Notes under the pieces: model-generated | Seen by the model: the letters and a program-made list of their open reading frames with translations, nothing else | What the model was told of the DNA's origin: nothing | Database searches by the model: none | Program-made: the position numbers and the translations under genes | DNA from: an uncultured delta proteobacterium | GTDB lineage: Bacteria > Myxococcota_A > Polyangia > Polyangiales > JAFGIB01 | Assembly (NCBI GenBank): GCA_963778655.1 | Contig: CAVZVA010000003.1 | Location: forward strand, 416,001 to 480,000 | Direction of reading: 5' to 3' | DNA: 64,000 nucleotides | Shown: positions 1 through 8,686 of the stretch, piece after piece | How the letters are laid out: each line of letters begins with the position of its first letter | Numbering within the stretch: the stretch's first letter is position 1

Positions 1-543
1 GAGCTCGAAGACGTGGGTACCACGTTCACCGTGAGCGCCGCGGAGGGCCACACCGCGCGGGTCGCAGTCGAGGAAGGCGAGGTCGTGCTGCGGCTGCGTG
101 CTCAGCCGGCGCTGGTCATCGGCGCCGGCGGCACGTGGGCGCCGGTTGCACGGCCTGCGCCACCGGCCGCTTCCATCGCCTTGCCCTCGGCCGCCTCGCG
201 CACGCCGGAGCGGCCGCGGAGCGCGCCGACGCGGGCGCACGCGGCACCAGCGCACGGCGGGGCGCACCCGGACCGGTCCGCGCGCTCAGCCGATCCGGCG
301 CTCGAGTTCCGCGCCGCGATGGCCGCGCTCGACGCCGGCGACGACCACAGGGCGGCAGCGGGATTTGCCGAATTCATCGCGGCCCATCCGCACGACCCGC
401 GCGCCGAGGACGCGGCATACCTGCGCATCCTGGCGCTGCAGCGCGCCGGAGACGAGGGCAGCATGAGGGCAGCGACGCTGGAGTACCTCGGCCGCTATCC
501 GGCCGGGTTCCGCCGCAGCGAAGTGGAGCGCCTGGCGCGGTAA
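1..543 (+). CDS. FecR-like anti-sigma factor, C-terminal part with TPR-like helices (5' partial)
   Basis: VGTTFTV..RVAVEEGEV is FecR-like; C-terminal FAEFIAAHPHDPRAEDAAY..YLGRYPAG is TPR/BamD-like; the frame runs in from the window edge. Confidence 0.7.
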   Translation, partial: ELEDVGTTFTVSAAEGHTARVAVEEGEVVLRLRAQPALVIGAGGTWAPVARPAPPAASIALPSAASRTPERPRSAPTRAHAAPAHGGAHPDRSARSADPALEFRAAMAALDAGDDHRAAAGFAEFIAAHPHDPRAEDAAYLRILALQRAGDEGSMRAATLEYLGRYPAGFRRSEVERLAR

Positions 544-635
544 CTGCAGAAGGACCTCGCCAACCTGGACGTGGCGCCCGACCGGACCACGATGCCCGTC
601 GACGAACCGCGCACACCGGCCGACAAGGTGAAGCG

Positions 636-770
636 CGGCTGCGCGCCGAGCTGACCGCGACGTACGCGCCGCTCGATCCGTTGATGCCCGCCGAGGGGTC
701 GTGGCATTCGCGGTGGCGGGTACGTGTCAACGTCGAGCCCGAGGAGCTCTTGGCGCTCGTCAGGACCTGA
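636..770 (+). pseudogene. C-terminal remnant of an AbiEi-type antitoxin
   Basis: TYAPLDPLMPAEGSWHSRWRVRVNVEPEEL ends 3 bp before an AbiEii-like gene; no N-terminus present. Confidence 0.6.
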
Positions 771-773
771 CGC

Positions 774-1557
774 ATGATTCCGCAGCGGAACCTGTCCTTG
801 CTCTCGAATCGCCTCGCCCGCCACGGTGGTCGCCGCATCGTCGAGTCGGTGCTGGAACGCGACTATTGCCTCGCTTGGTTTCTGGTGGGCCTGTCGCGCT
901 CGCCCCTTCGCGAAGCGCTCGTGTTCAAGAGAGGCACGGCGCCAAAACGCTGCTACTTCGGCGACTACCGCTTCTCCGAGGACCTCGACTTCACCCTCGC
1001 GGAGCCGCGCGAGCTCGATGCGATCCTCGCCGAGCTCGAATCGGTGTACGCGGAGGTCCAACGGGCATCGTGGTGCGATTCGCGCGCGCCGATCGCAAGA
1101 GCCACCAGAACAGCCACACCTTCTACCTGACGTACGAAGGACCGCCGCCTGCTGCTTCGCCGAGGGAGATCAAGGTCGACGTCACGATCCGTGAGCAATT
1201 CGTGCGACCTGCGAACGACCGACCCGTGTTGCGCGGGTACGAAGAGTACGCGGACCTGCCTGAAGACGCGGCGGTGCGCGTATACGCGCTCGAGGAGATC
1301 GGGGTCGAGAAGCTCGTCGCGCTCACCGACAAGGCCCGAAACGAGCCGCGAGATCTCTACGATCTCTGGCACCTGACGAGCGAGGGACTCGTCGACTTCG
1401 CTACACTCGTTCCGGAGATCGAAGCGAAGCTCGCATTCCGCGGTCGCACGCGCGACGCGATGACCGCCGAGATTGCGACGAAGGAGGCGCGCTACAAGAA
1501 GTTGTGGGCGGTTCGCCTCGGTCAGCAGATGGCAACCCTGCCGCCCTTTGACGCCGT
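774..1557 (+). pseudogene. AbiEii/AbiGii nucleotidyltransferase toxin, frameshifted and truncated
   Basis: LERDYCLAW, FKRGT (normally FKGGT), RFSEDLDF; frameshift at ~1064-1070; continues EKLVAL..RDLYD; cut off at LPPFDAV by an opposite-strand fragment. Confidence 0.8.
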
Positions 1558-2026
1558 CACGTACGGCGGGAGCGATTCGGGCAGCGGCCGCTTTGCCAGC
1601 AGCAGTGGGGGTACGTGTTCATTGACCTCGAGTGCGGCGGCGAGCGGGTCATTCGCGCGCTTGCTTGCGCCCGCCGATCGAAAAGCGAGCAGCGCGCGCG
1701 TGTAGAGCCGGGTCGCGTAGATGTCTTCGTCGTACTCGGTCAGCAGCGCCGCGGCGTCGCGATTGCGGTCCAGCTCGATGAGCCAGGCGAGCAGCGTGTG
1801 GCGCACGCCCTGGTTGTCGTTCGGGTTGAGCCTCAGCAGCTCGTGTGCGTGCTCGACCGCTTGCGCCCGCTCCCCGAGCCCGCACGAGCACTCCGCGAGC
1901 GCCCAGCGCGCGCATGTGGGGCCGCGTCTCGAGCACGCTCCAGAAGTGGCCAGCGTCGCGTGCGAAGGTCTCGCGACCGAGCGCACGCTCTCCTGCCTCG
2001 ACGCCCTTGTGATCCAGCTGCCTCAC
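1556..2026 (-). pseudogene. Internal fragment of a TPR protein paralogous to 2023-3405
   Basis: FWSVLETRPHMRA, frameshift ~1908, then ELLRLNPNDNQGVRH, matching ENRPYLRA..ELLRLNPDDNQGVRF of the neighbour. Confidence 0.7.
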
Positions 2027-3405
2027 GACAACGCGCCGACCGTCCGTATCAGCGCCTTCGTCGTCGCGGATGAACGTAACGCAATCGACTGGCTCACCAG
2101 TGCCGAACGCTCATCCGAAGGCACGTTCTTGAGTCCAACGGTCACCTGATCGAGCTGCCTTCGCCACGCCGCGACAGGGGGCGCAAGCCACCAGAAGCGC
2201 AGGACCTCGGCTCCGCGCGGCACGTCCTGCCAGAGGTCGGCTTGGCCATCGATGACGTCCTTCGCCCACTCTGGCTCAGCCATGCTGGTGCCGTGAAAGC
2301 CGTCGAGCCGTTGCCACTTCTCTCCGAGCAGCATGGGCGCGACGTAGCGATTGCTGGCGAATCCGGTGAGCAACACCTCGCCTACGTCTGCGTTCGATCC
2401 GTTCGACATGAGCGTCGCCAGAGCGAGGCCAAATGTGCAGCCCGGCTCCTCCCCCGATGTTCTGAGCAGGTGCGTCAGCGCGGCTTTTGCGTCGCCGACT
2501 CGCAGGTACTCGAGCCCAACCAGGAAACGCACGCCCTGATTGTCATCTGGGTTCAGGCGCAACAGCTCCTCGTGCAAGGAGAGCGCTTCACGCCAGCGGC
2601 GCTGTGCGGCGAGCGTGAGGGCCAGATTGCCAAGTGCGCGCAGGTAGGGTCGGTTCTCGTGGCACGCCCACGGAACGCGCTTACCGTCGCGCTCGAGCGA
2701 CCGGACGCCCCCTTCGGCGGCCGCGCGAAAGTGCTCCTCGGCCGGCTTGAGCTTGCCAGCGTCCAGGCTCGCAATCCCGAGGTGGTTATGCGCGTCGGCA
2801 TGCTGGGGATCGTGCTTGAGCACACGGCGAAACAAGGGCAGCGAACGACGCCGATCGTCAGCCCACCAGTGTTCCATGCCTTGGTCGAAGATCGACTCGA
2901 TCGACTCTTGGTTGACGGCCTGAGCGCGTACCATGGCCTTCTCCTTGTCGGCGACTTGCAAACGGGATGAGGGAAGCAGGCGCGACAGCGCCTCCAGAAG
3001 CGCATGCAGAGACGGCTTCATTCGCTCGACGAGGGCCGCATCCGCGGCCCGGGCCACGGAAAGCGTCGCAAGGTCTGAGGTCAGCTCGTTCGCGAGACGC
3101 TGAATCTTCCCGTCACGCCGGTGAAGGCCGCCGCTGGGCGCCGCGCTCCACTTGCGAAGCTCGTCCGCGAGCTTGTCCTTCAGTGCGTCCCAGTCGAACG
3201 CCACTTCTCGTTCCTTCCATGCGATCGACCGTGTCCACTTCGGCCATGCCGACGGGGAAAGCGCGTCTTCCAACTCGGCTGCCGAGGAGAAGCGGAATAG
3301 CTCGCGCTGCCGTACGCGCGACTCACCTGCGACCCGCTCATTGTGAACCAGGAGGACTTGCCCCCGCTTGCGGCGTATGAAAGGCATCTTGTAGTGCTCG
3401 TACAT
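2023..3405 (-). CDS. TPR-containing protein (LNPxDNQGVR family) with an uncharacterised N-terminal domain
   Basis: 460-aa ORF; TPR segment HDPQHADAHNHLG; ENRPYLRA and LNPDDNQGVRF motifs. Confidence 0.75.
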   Translation of the reverse strand: MYEHYKMPFIRRKRGQVLLVHNERVAGESRVRQRELFRFSSAAELEDALSPSAWPKWTRSIAWKEREVAFDWDALKDKLADELRKWSAAPSGGLHRRDGKIQRLANELTSDLATLSVARAADAALVERMKPSLHALLEALSRLLPSSRLQVADKEKAMVRAQAVNQESIESIFDQGMEHWWADDRRRSLPLFRRVLKHDPQHADAHNHLGIASLDAGKLKPAEEHFRAAAEGGVRSLERDGKRVPWACHENRPYLRALGNLALTLAAQRRWREALSLHEELLRLNPDDNQGVRFLVGLEYLRVGDAKAALTHLLRTSGEEPGCTFGLALATLMSNGSNADVGEVLLTGFASNRYVAPMLLGEKWQRLDGFHGTSMAEPEWAKDVIDGQADLWQDVPRGAEVLRFWWLAPPVAAWRRQLDQVTVGLKNVPSDERSALVSQSIALRSSATTKALIRTVGALS

Positions 3406-3570
3406 ATCAAGAGGGCACTACGGATGTCAATGACCTCCCAGCGAAGGCTTCGCACGCGTCGGCCGGACCCGAAGCGCGACGCGACAGCTGTGCTGCCACT
3501 CGGAATCCATCCCGCTCATCGCATTCTCCTCCAGGCAGGTTTCGCGGCTTCCAACCCCTCGAAACAACTC

Positions 3571-3593
3571 GCGCGCCCGGAGGGATTCGAACC
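3571..3593 (-). repeat. att site: duplicated 3' end of tRNA-Arg
   Basis: Identical to 14934-14956. Confidence 0.9.
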
Positions 3594-3735
3594 TCGGCTT
3601 CGCGCTTCGGAGAAATCGGTGTCGTGACGCGTGCTTGTGAGAAATTCCAAAGTGAGAACGCCGAGTTCAGTCGCGAAGGGCCGCTGCCGGCTCAGTCCGT
3701 CGCGTACCGTCTCGTTCCATCTGATTCCACCTCGT

Positions 3736-3755
3736 CGTGGCAACCACGTGGCAAC
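3736..3755 (+). promoter_or_regulatory. Putative integrase arm-type binding sites, left end
   Basis: CGTGGCAACcaCGTGGCAAC; the same pair occurs at 14856-14874. Confidence 0.65.
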
Positions 3756-3821
3756 GAAGACGGCATGCCGCTATCGGCGAAGGCCGGAGGCTCACTTCGC
3801 CGCGGGTGCTAGGCTTGGTAC

Positions 3822-4040
3822 ATGGGTCCGAAGGCTGCAGAGGTCTTGGAGCGAGCGAAGACGCTCACCGAGGATGAGCGCCGCGAGCTCGCGATCGAGT
3901 TGCTGGACTCGGCCGTCGCCCCCGAGATCGAGCAGGCGTGGATCGACGAGGCACGACGGCGCGTAGCGGAAGTCGACTCCGGCGAAGTCGCCACGCTCTC
4001 CAACGACGAAGCGCTGCGGCTCATCGCTGCGGATGATTGA
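3822..4040 (+). CDS. Addiction module antitoxin (TIGR02574-like)
   Basis: LTEDERRELAIELLDS..IEQAWIDEARRR; overlaps the ParE-like gene. Confidence 0.85.
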   Translation: MGPKAAEVLERAKTLTEDERRELAIELLDSAVAPEIEQAWIDEARRRVAEVDSGEVATLSNDEALRLIAADD

Positions 4041-4334
4041 GCTGCGATGGCACCCAGCGGCAGCCAGGGAGGCGCAGGCCGTCCGCCGCTGGTACGAGGT
4101 CGAGCGCGATGTCCCAAGGTTGCCGCGCGTTTCCACGACGCGCTGGCAAGGGCGCTCGTGCAGATCGCGACGGCGCCTGAGCGCTGGCCGATTCTCGTGG
4201 ATGATCTGCGCTAGCGCCCTCTTCGAGGCTTTCCGCACCGTATTGTCTACCAAGTGCGCGGTGATCACGTGCTCATCGTTGCCGTGATGCACGAACGACA
4301 GCGACCGCAGCACTGGCGCGATCGTGTTCGCTGA
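4033..4334 (+). pseudogene. RelE/ParE toxin, inactivated
   Basis: WHPAAAREAQAVRRWYE, frameshift ~4110, AARFHDAL..PERWP, in-frame TAG at 4212-4214, then RGFPHRIVY..LIVAVMHERQRPQHW. Confidence 0.85.
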
Positions 4335-4630
4335 GCTTCGGTCGAGTATTGGCGCGGTGCGCGGCGTATCGCTGTTGGGAGGCGAGGGGCGCTGGGCGGC
4401 GTGGAAATAGCGCGGCGGGCGCACGATCGGGCTTGTAGGCGGACCGCGTAGGGTGCTAGCCGTGGTCGGGATTGCGCCTGCATGGAGGACGTCGACCTCA
4501 GTCCAAGAGCTATCTCGGATGTGCGCTCGGCCGGAAATGATCAATGCTTCGTCTGCGCGGGCCGAAACGCAGTCAAGTAACGGGGCCAGTCAAGGACACG
4601 GGGCGACAGCCATTCTCTGGGTGGGGCATC

Positions 4631-6037
4631 ATGACGAGGCGAACCGATTGCATCTACTGCGGCGCAGAGACGGGCTCGCGAGAGCATCCGTTCCCCGCCG
4701 CCCTTGGCGGCCGACGCATGAACAAGGGCATCCTCTGTGGCGCGTGCAACGCAAAATTCTCCGCGCTAGATGAGCACCTTTCACGGCAGCTCAACTTCAT
4801 TAATGGCGTCATTGGCGTCCGACCGGACCACGCCAAAAGGCCCCGCCCAGCGCGAGTGAACTCTGCGGACGGGACCTTGACCATCGATCACACCGGCACC
4901 CCGTCATTCGCGGGTCCACGCGTGATTGCAGACGAGCCGCACGAGGATGGAGGTAGGCGCGTGTCTGTCGAGTTTGCCGACGAGCGACAGGCGCAGGAGT
5001 GGATAGCGCAGCAGAAGGCTGCGGGGACACCGGTCAAAGTGGAATCCCGGAGCGCGGGGCAGCGCTTTATTAGTGGAATACTTCCGATCGAGTGGTCCTT
5101 CGGAGGCGAGGATGCGTTTCGTGAAATCGGCCGCATCGCACTCAACTTCGTTGCGCAGCGCTGGCCTGATGCCGCGCGGAGCGATGGCCTTCAGGCGTTC
5201 AAGGACTGGGTGGAGGGCAAGCGCGTCCTGGCCGCAGGTGAGCCGCGCTTCGTCTGGTACGCGCCCGAGAACGCATTCCCAATCCCCGACTCGCCGTTCG
5301 AGTTCGGCCACCAGGTGCTGCTTGTCCGGGACGAGCACCAAACCTTCGGGCGCGTGCGCCTCTTCTCGACGTTTGACCTTTTCGTGTGGTTCGGGCCAGA
5401 GTGCGGCACTTCATCCGAGGCCGTGATTTTCAACATTGATCCACTTGCTGATCATCCACCCGGCGACCTTCTTGAGTCGGCGCCAGATCGATGGGCGTTG
5501 CCGGAGCAACTCATTCCGCCTACTGCGCCTACTGACGACCTCGCGCACCTCCTAGGCACACGGCTACGGTCTTTGCTGTCGCGCATAGCAGACCGTCAGT
5601 GGGCGCTTGGGACGCAAGGGCTCCTCGAGGGTCTGAACGCGACGCGGACGCTCAGTAGGCGCGAGCAAACCGATCGAGTCGGCGAGCTGATGCAGCCGCA
5701 CCGCGGGCGGGTCCTTTTCCTGGCGAGGGAGTTCGCCAAGGCGGCTCGCGGCCGAGCAACGGACGACTTGGGTCACACGTGCGCTGACATGGTAGACCTT
5801 TTGGTCGCTGCTGATCCGGACGGACACGAAGGATTGAGCACTACCGCCCAGGCCGCACTGCACGTTGCCTTGGCGGCCCTGGTAGAGCTGATAGTGCGCG
5901 ACCTGCATGACGGGCCGTTGACCGCTGAGCGGCTTCGTCTGCTTTTGGCTGGAGGGGCGGGCGCAGAGGCGATCGGACGCGCCCTCCTCCGCATGATAGT
6001 GATTGCGTTGGGGGGTCCGGATGGAGAGAGTTCATAG
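4631..6037 (+). CDS. HNH endonuclease-domain protein with a long unknown C-terminus
   Basis: CIYC..REHPFPAALGG..LCGACNAKFS..D zinc-binding HNH signature; 468 aa from ATG 4631. Confidence 0.8.
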   Translation: MTRRTDCIYCGAETGSREHPFPAALGGRRMNKGILCGACNAKFSALDEHLSRQLNFINGVIGVRPDHAKRPRPARVNSADGTLTIDHTGTPSFAGPRVIADEPHEDGGRRVSVEFADERQAQEWIAQQKAAGTPVKVESRSAGQRFISGILPIEWSFGGEDAFREIGRIALNFVAQRWPDAARSDGLQAFKDWVEGKRVLAAGEPRFVWYAPENAFPIPDSPFEFGHQVLLVRDEHQTFGRVRLFSTFDLFVWFGPECGTSSEAVIFNIDPLADHPPGDLLESAPDRWALPEQLIPPTAPTDDLAHLLGTRLRSLLSRIADRQWALGTQGLLEGLNATRTLSRREQTDRVGELMQPHRGRVLFLAREFAKAARGRATDDLGHTCADMVDLLVAADPDGHEGLSTTAQAALHVALAALVELIVRDLHDGPLTAERLRLLLAGGAGAEAIGRALLRMIVIALGGPDGESS

Positions 6038-6192
6038 ACAGCGAGAGCGACCGGCCGCTTGTGCGCGAAGCGCGGACGATCCGGTCGACTGCGCCGAGGC
6101 GTTCGTCTCGCCCGGCAACGAGCGCTGAGAGAGCGGGGGCACGCGCACATGAGCCCCGGCGATCCCGGGCTCGACGGTGCGGATCGCGACGC

Positions 6193-7629
6193 TCAGGTCC
6201 GGGGCGGACCGCGCAATGCGCTCGCGCACTTCCGAGCCCGCGCCTTCAGGACGTTCGCGAGGCGCTCGAGGATCGGGTGGTCGAGCCCGTTCTGACTGCA
6301 CTCGTCGTGAACGGCCTCGGCTGCTGGCGGCAGGGCCGCGCACAGCTCGCGGCAGCGTGCGAGGAAGACGCCGCGGTCGAGGCCGAGCTCCTCACCGGTC
6401 TTGCGCAGCTCGCGTGCGCCGATCTCCCGCACGCGGTAGTGGCCGCCGAGCTTCATGGCGAGCTTGAGCTTGTTCGGGTCGAGCTCCGGAAAGGGCAGCG
6501 CGCTCGCGAGGTCGTAGAGCGGGGCGAGGCGCACTCGGCCGCCGCGCCCGTGCAAGAGCGAGTAGTTCTTCGCGTGCGCGTCGGTGCCCGCGATGAGCCA
6601 GTTGTAGACGAGCGCATCCGCGAACGTCTGCACGTCGTCGGCGGGCCGATCGGACGCCGCGCGGAGCAGCTCTGCAATTTGCCCGGGTGAGGGGCCGCCT
6701 TCGTTCTGATACTTCGCCTGCGGCCTCACGCCGAGCGCCTGGCACAGATCCTCCTGGTGCAGGCGCAGCACTGGTTGCTGCTTGCCAAGCTCCGTGAAGC
6801 CAACCGCTCGAGCTGCGGCTCCCGCTGCACGCGCGGCGCCTCCTGCGTCACCTGTCGCAGCGGCAGCGGCCGCCTCGGCAGCCGCCTGCGCTGCCATCGC
6901 GGCCGCCGCGGAGGCAGTGAGCCGGACGCGGTCATAGCGCTCGATGACGATCGCGACCTCGTCGCCGAAGCGCTGCACGCTGGACTCTGCCGTGGGCAGG
7001 CCCAGCGCGCGCGCGAGGCGCAGGCAGAAGTGCTCGTCCTCGATCTGCCCGTGGAGCCCGGTGGCAGGGGGCTTGAGAATGTGAGTCGTCGGCGTTGCCC
7101 CGAGCGGAAGACCCCAGCGGCGGCCATCGAAGTAAAGCGCGGTCTTGGGCTGCGCACCAGCGAGGCTGAACTGACCTGCGTCACCTGCGCGGCGCCACGC
7201 GGTCTCGTCGGCGCGCAGGGCGGCAAGGCGTTGAGCGACGTCCCTCCGCGTGAGCCACTGGACCTGCGGCGCTGCCTGAGGGCGCAGTAGCGCGTCCATG
7301 CGCTCCTCAGGCACGATCTGCACCGCGCCGGCACAGTCCTCGCCTACGTGCGCGAGCAATGCGAAAGGGTTGCGCGCGGAAACGTGAAACTGCCCGGCCC
7401 AGCGTTCGAGCACGCGCTCGTTGTCGGGCAAGAGGCCCCACAAGAACGCTTCGATCGCGTCGTGGCCGTGCTCACGGCGCACGATCGGTAGGGACAGAGA
7501 GAGGGCAACCGCATCGGCAGTGTCACGCAAGGCTGCGTCATAGACGAAGCGCAGGCGCAGGTTTCGATCACAGAACAGCGTGCCAACGCGCGCCCCATAC
7601 ATGAGCACGGCGAGCGACTTCTCGATCAC
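6193..7629 (-). CDS. hipA: HipA Ser/Thr kinase toxin
   Basis: FSLAGAQPKT, HILKP, RLHQED, DAHAKNYS, LAPLYD; GTG start overlaps the hipB stop. Confidence 0.92.
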   Translation of the reverse strand: MIEKSLAVLMYGARVGTLFCDRNLRLRFVYDAALRDTADAVALSLSLPIVRREHGHDAIEAFLWGLLPDNERVLERWAGQFHVSARNPFALLAHVGEDCAGAVQIVPEERMDALLRPQAAPQVQWLTRRDVAQRLAALRADETAWRRAGDAGQFSLAGAQPKTALYFDGRRWGLPLGATPTTHILKPPATGLHGQIEDEHFCLRLARALGLPTAESSVQRFGDEVAIVIERYDRVRLTASAAAAMAAQAAAEAAAAAATGDAGGAARAAGAAARAVGFTELGKQQPVLRLHQEDLCQALGVRPQAKYQNEGGPSPGQIAELLRAASDRPADDVQTFADALVYNWLIAGTDAHAKNYSLLHGRGGRVRLAPLYDLASALPFPELDPNKLKLAMKLGGHYRVREIGARELRKTGEELGLDRGVFLARCRELCAALPPAAEAVHDECSQNGLDHPILERLANVLKARARKCASALRGPPRT

Positions 7630-7910
7630 TGGCGCTTGCCCCGCGCGCGCTCGAGGACGGCGTCGAGATCGATGGCGGGCGGCGTGGCCGAGGGCGCGAT
7701 CGGAAGCTTGCCGAGCCAGAGAGGCAGATCGAGCGCCTTCAACGTGCGCATCACCAAGCCGAGCGCTGCACCGGGCTTGCCCTGCTCGATTGCGATCACC
7801 CACTGGCGGCTCACGCCCGCTCGACGCGCGAGCTCGGCCTGATCGAGCCCGAGCTGCTTGCGGCGGTCCTGGATCGCGAGGCCGATTTCCTTGGGGGTAC
7901 GGACGTGCAT
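7626..7910 (-). CDS. hipB: HipB XRE-type HTH antitoxin
   Basis: IQDRRKQLGLDQAELARRAGVSRQWVIAIEQGK; directly upstream of hipA. Confidence 0.9.
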   Translation of the reverse strand: MHVRTPKEIGLAIQDRRKQLGLDQAELARRAGVSRQWVIAIEQGKPGAALGLVMRTLKALDLPLWLGKLPIAPSATPPAIDLDAVLERARGKRQ

Positions 7911-7920
7911 TACGGCGCTG

Positions 7921-7994
7921 TGTCAATGATCGGTGACATCTCCTGGAATGTCAACGAATGACGACATCTAGTAGCATGTCTTCGATCGTAGATA
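7921..7994. promoter_or_regulatory. Three putative HipB operators
   Basis: TGTC-N10-GACA at 7921 and 7949, TGTC-N10-GATA at 7977; 18-bp sites with a 28-bp period. Confidence 0.75.
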
Positions 7995-8104
7995 TACCCG
8001 CCCCGACCGGGATGCGGGGCGGACCCGTGCTACCGCAACTGATGGGCCACGCCCTTGCGCAAGACCGGCGAACACCGTATCTTTGCTCCCGGAGAAAAAA
8101 GACG

Positions 8105-8686
8105 GTGACTGCCGCTGCTCAGCCGACCTTCGAGCCCGGCCGCGTGTATCGCACGCGGGAGCTTGGGCAGTGGAGCGCCAATGCCCCGCGGCTCGCGCAG
8201 CGGCTCGTCCGGGACGGGCAGCTCGTGCAGCTCGCGCACGGGCTCTTCGCGGCGCCGAAGCGCAGCCGCTTCGGAGATGTGCCGCCGACGGATGAGGCGC
8301 TGCTCCGCGCCTTCCTCGATGGCGAGCCGTTCGTGTTCACCGGCCCTGAGCGCTGGAATGCCCTCGGCCTCGGGACGACCGCGGTGTTTGCGACGCCCCT
8401 CGTCTACAACACCAAGCGCTCGGGTCGCTTTAGCTTCGGTGGTCGGCAGTTCCTGCTGCGTCGTGTGGCCTTCCCCGAAAAGCCGTCGCCCGAGTGGTTC
8501 GTCGTGGACCTCTTCGAGAACGCCGAGCAGGCTGCGGCCGCGCGGGAAGACCTGGGGGGCGCGCTCGAGGCTGCACTGCGCGCGGGCAAGTTCGACCGTG
8601 ACCGACTCGCATCGATGTCGACACGTTACGGCTCGCGGCGCACGCAGGCGCTCGTGAAGGCAGCGCTCGGAGCGTCGGCGCGATGA
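8105..8686 (+). CDS. AbiEi-like type IV TA antitoxin
   Basis: wHTH-like LVRDGQLVQLAHGLFAAPKRSRFG; GGAG before GTG 8105; ATGA overlap with the AbiEii gene. Confidence 0.75.
   Translation: MTAAAQPTFEPGRVYRTRELGQWSANAPRLAQRLVRDGQLVQLAHGLFAAPKRSRFGDVPPTDEALLRAFLDGEPFVFTGPERWNALGLGTTAVFATPLVYNTKRSGRFSFGGRQFLLRRVAFPEKPSPEWFVVDLFENAEQAAAAREDLGGALEAALRAGKFDRDRLASMSTRYGSRRTQALVKAALGASAR

Noticed and set aside
3571..3612. A second functional tRNA gene
   Set aside because: Only the 3' portion is present; no D arm or 5' acceptor strand, so treated as att.
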